From UHGV virus genome UHGV-1375844: a DNA stretch of 64,000 nt. The stretch is one strand, 5' to 3'. Source of the DNA: a virus. The notes below the pieces were generated by a model. That model saw nothing but the letters and a program-made list of their open reading frames with translations. It did no database searches and was not told the DNA's origin. Both the position numbers and the translations under genes were made by a program. Every line of letters begins with the position of its first letter. The first letter of the stretch is position 1. Of this stretch, positions 63,028 to 64,000 are shown in pieces.

Positions 63028-63628
63028 CATTTTGTGACAAAAAACCAATGTCACGCTTGTGAGGCATATCCGCTGCGGTGTGAGCCGCGATCTTCGCCAG
63101 ACGGTCACACATTTCGTTTTCGCGATGACCCGCATGGCCTTTAACCCACTTCCAGCGAACGTTGTGGCGGCTGGCGGCCGCGTCGAGACGTTTCCAGAGA
63201 TCGACGTTTTTGACTGGCTTCTTCTCGGACGTGATCCATCCGTTACGCTTCCAGCCTTTCATCCAGAGCGTCATGCCGTTTTTGAGATACTGGCTGTCTG
63301 AATGCAGGATCACGTTGCAGGAGTACTTCAGACGCTCCAGCGCAATCAGGGCGCCCATCATCTCCATACGATTGTTGGTCGTACTGTGGAAGCCCTCAGA
63401 AAGTTCACGCTCTTCGCCTCGATACTGGAGAACGATGCCGTAACCGCCCGGCCCGCCCGGATTTTTGAGGCAAGAGCCATCACTGAACACTTTTACGGTT
63501 TTGAGCTGGGGATTGAACTCGACTACGGGGGTTTTGAAGCTGGTACGGGAATGGTGGTGGGTTTGCTGTCTGGCTTTGGACTTCGGCCGGCAGCCAGTTT
63601 GTTGTCGGGCTGGGGTTTTAGTTGTCAT
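63020..63628 (-). CDS. rnhA: ribonuclease HI with basic ~40-aa N-terminal extension
   Basis: Catalytic core closely matches E. coli RnhA by eye ([56 protein letters not shown]); ATG at 63628 has GGAG RBS; longer ORF to 63685 starts on GTG. Confidence 0.8.
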   Translation of the reverse strand: MTTKTPARQQTGCRPKSKARQQTHHHSRTSFKTPVVEFNPQLKTVKVFSDGSCLKNPGGPGGYGIVLQYRGEERELSEGFHSTTNNRMEMMGALIALERLKYSCNVILHSDSQYLKNGMTLWMKGWKRNGWITSEKKPVKNVDLWKRLDAAASRHNVRWKWVKGHAGHRENEMCDRLAKIAAHTAADMPHKRDIGFLSQNDK

Positions 63629-63670
63629 TTTGACTCCAGAATCGCGCGCCGCGACGATTTTTTTTTCCCT

Positions 63671-63692
63671 CGCGCGTGTGCGCACGCGTGTG
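63671..63692. other. alternating purine-pyrimidine (CG/TG) tract
   Basis: CGCGCGTGTGCGCACGCGTGTG followed by A/T-rich region and small inverted repeats. Confidence 0.5.
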
Positions 63693-64000
63693 TTTAAATT
63701 TTAAAAATTTTTATGAAAGAAAAACTTACTTCCCAGAACAGGTTTTAATAAAACCTGAACTGAACGAACGAAGTGAGTGAAGTTCACCTCGAACGAAGTG
63801 AGAGGTTGTCTTTTCAGGTAATATCTTCCCAGGGAGGTGAGTACAGATCCTCACCAGCCTGGTCGTTACATAACCTGAAAAGTTATGGCCTAAGTCTACT
63901 GCCAGCTTAGGCTTGGGAAGTTATGGATGACAGCACCCCAGAACCGAGATCTTCCCACATTCTATGAAGGGGAGCTGGGAACACAACCTCTCGAAATCCC

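Noticed and set aside
63629-63685. Longer RNase H start at the GTG at 63685
   Set aside because: The extension is translated from the alternating CG/TG tract and lacks an RBS, whereas the ATG at 63628 has a GGAG Shine-Dalgarno sequence.
1-64000. tRNA genes, integrase/attachment site, DNA polymerase
   Set aside because: Scanning by eye found no tRNA-like T-arm/acceptor structures and no ORF with integrase or polymerase motifs; absence within this window does not exclude them elsewhere in the genome.

Overview
The entire 64-kb window reads as tailed-phage DNA; I recognise no host chromosomal genes, integrase, DNA polymerase, tRNA or CRISPR array. All calls are from reading the sequence and ORF track by eye; no database search was run, so product names are motif- and synteny-based. 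From ~44.5 kb leftward on the minus strand runs one long block: a six-gene operon (two ParB-like proteins, ABC-type ATPase, small ORF, GNAT-like protein, wHTH), terminase small and large subunits, portal, scaffold, major capsid, Ig-like decoration protein, head-tail genes, a lambda-type tail module (V, G/GT, tape measure H, M, L, K, I, J), a 1399-aa lateral tail fibre, a receptor-binding-protein-like cluster with a lipoprotein, a lysis cassette, two AT-rich membrane proteins, a ParA/ParG-like partition pair, DnaB-like helicase, primase and ATP-dependent DNA ligase. From 44.5 to 48.7 kb the plus strand carries an SF2 helicase and small genes. From 49 to 63.7 kb there are about 30 small early-type genes, mostly minus strand, including an HD-domain alarmone-hydrolase-like protein, an N6-adenine methyltransferase fusion, a Rha-family antirepressor and an RNase HI homolog. 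Two dispersed sequence families stand out: motif A, a 20-bp palindrome (consensus ATAAGTAAGTACTTACTTAT) at about 15 gene junctions, and motif B, a core palindrome AAACAAWTTGTTT often preceded by TGCGATAAT, in about 15 promoter or leader regions. There are also two 20-bp-arm inverted repeats and two iteron-rich noncoding regions (48.65-49.28 kb and 52.44-54.07 kb). Partition genes plus iterons plus an antirepressor suggest a temperate phage-plasmid lifestyle, but that is inference. The best candidate for an undescribed system is the coupled operon at 41.0-44.5 kb immediately upstream of the terminase genes.
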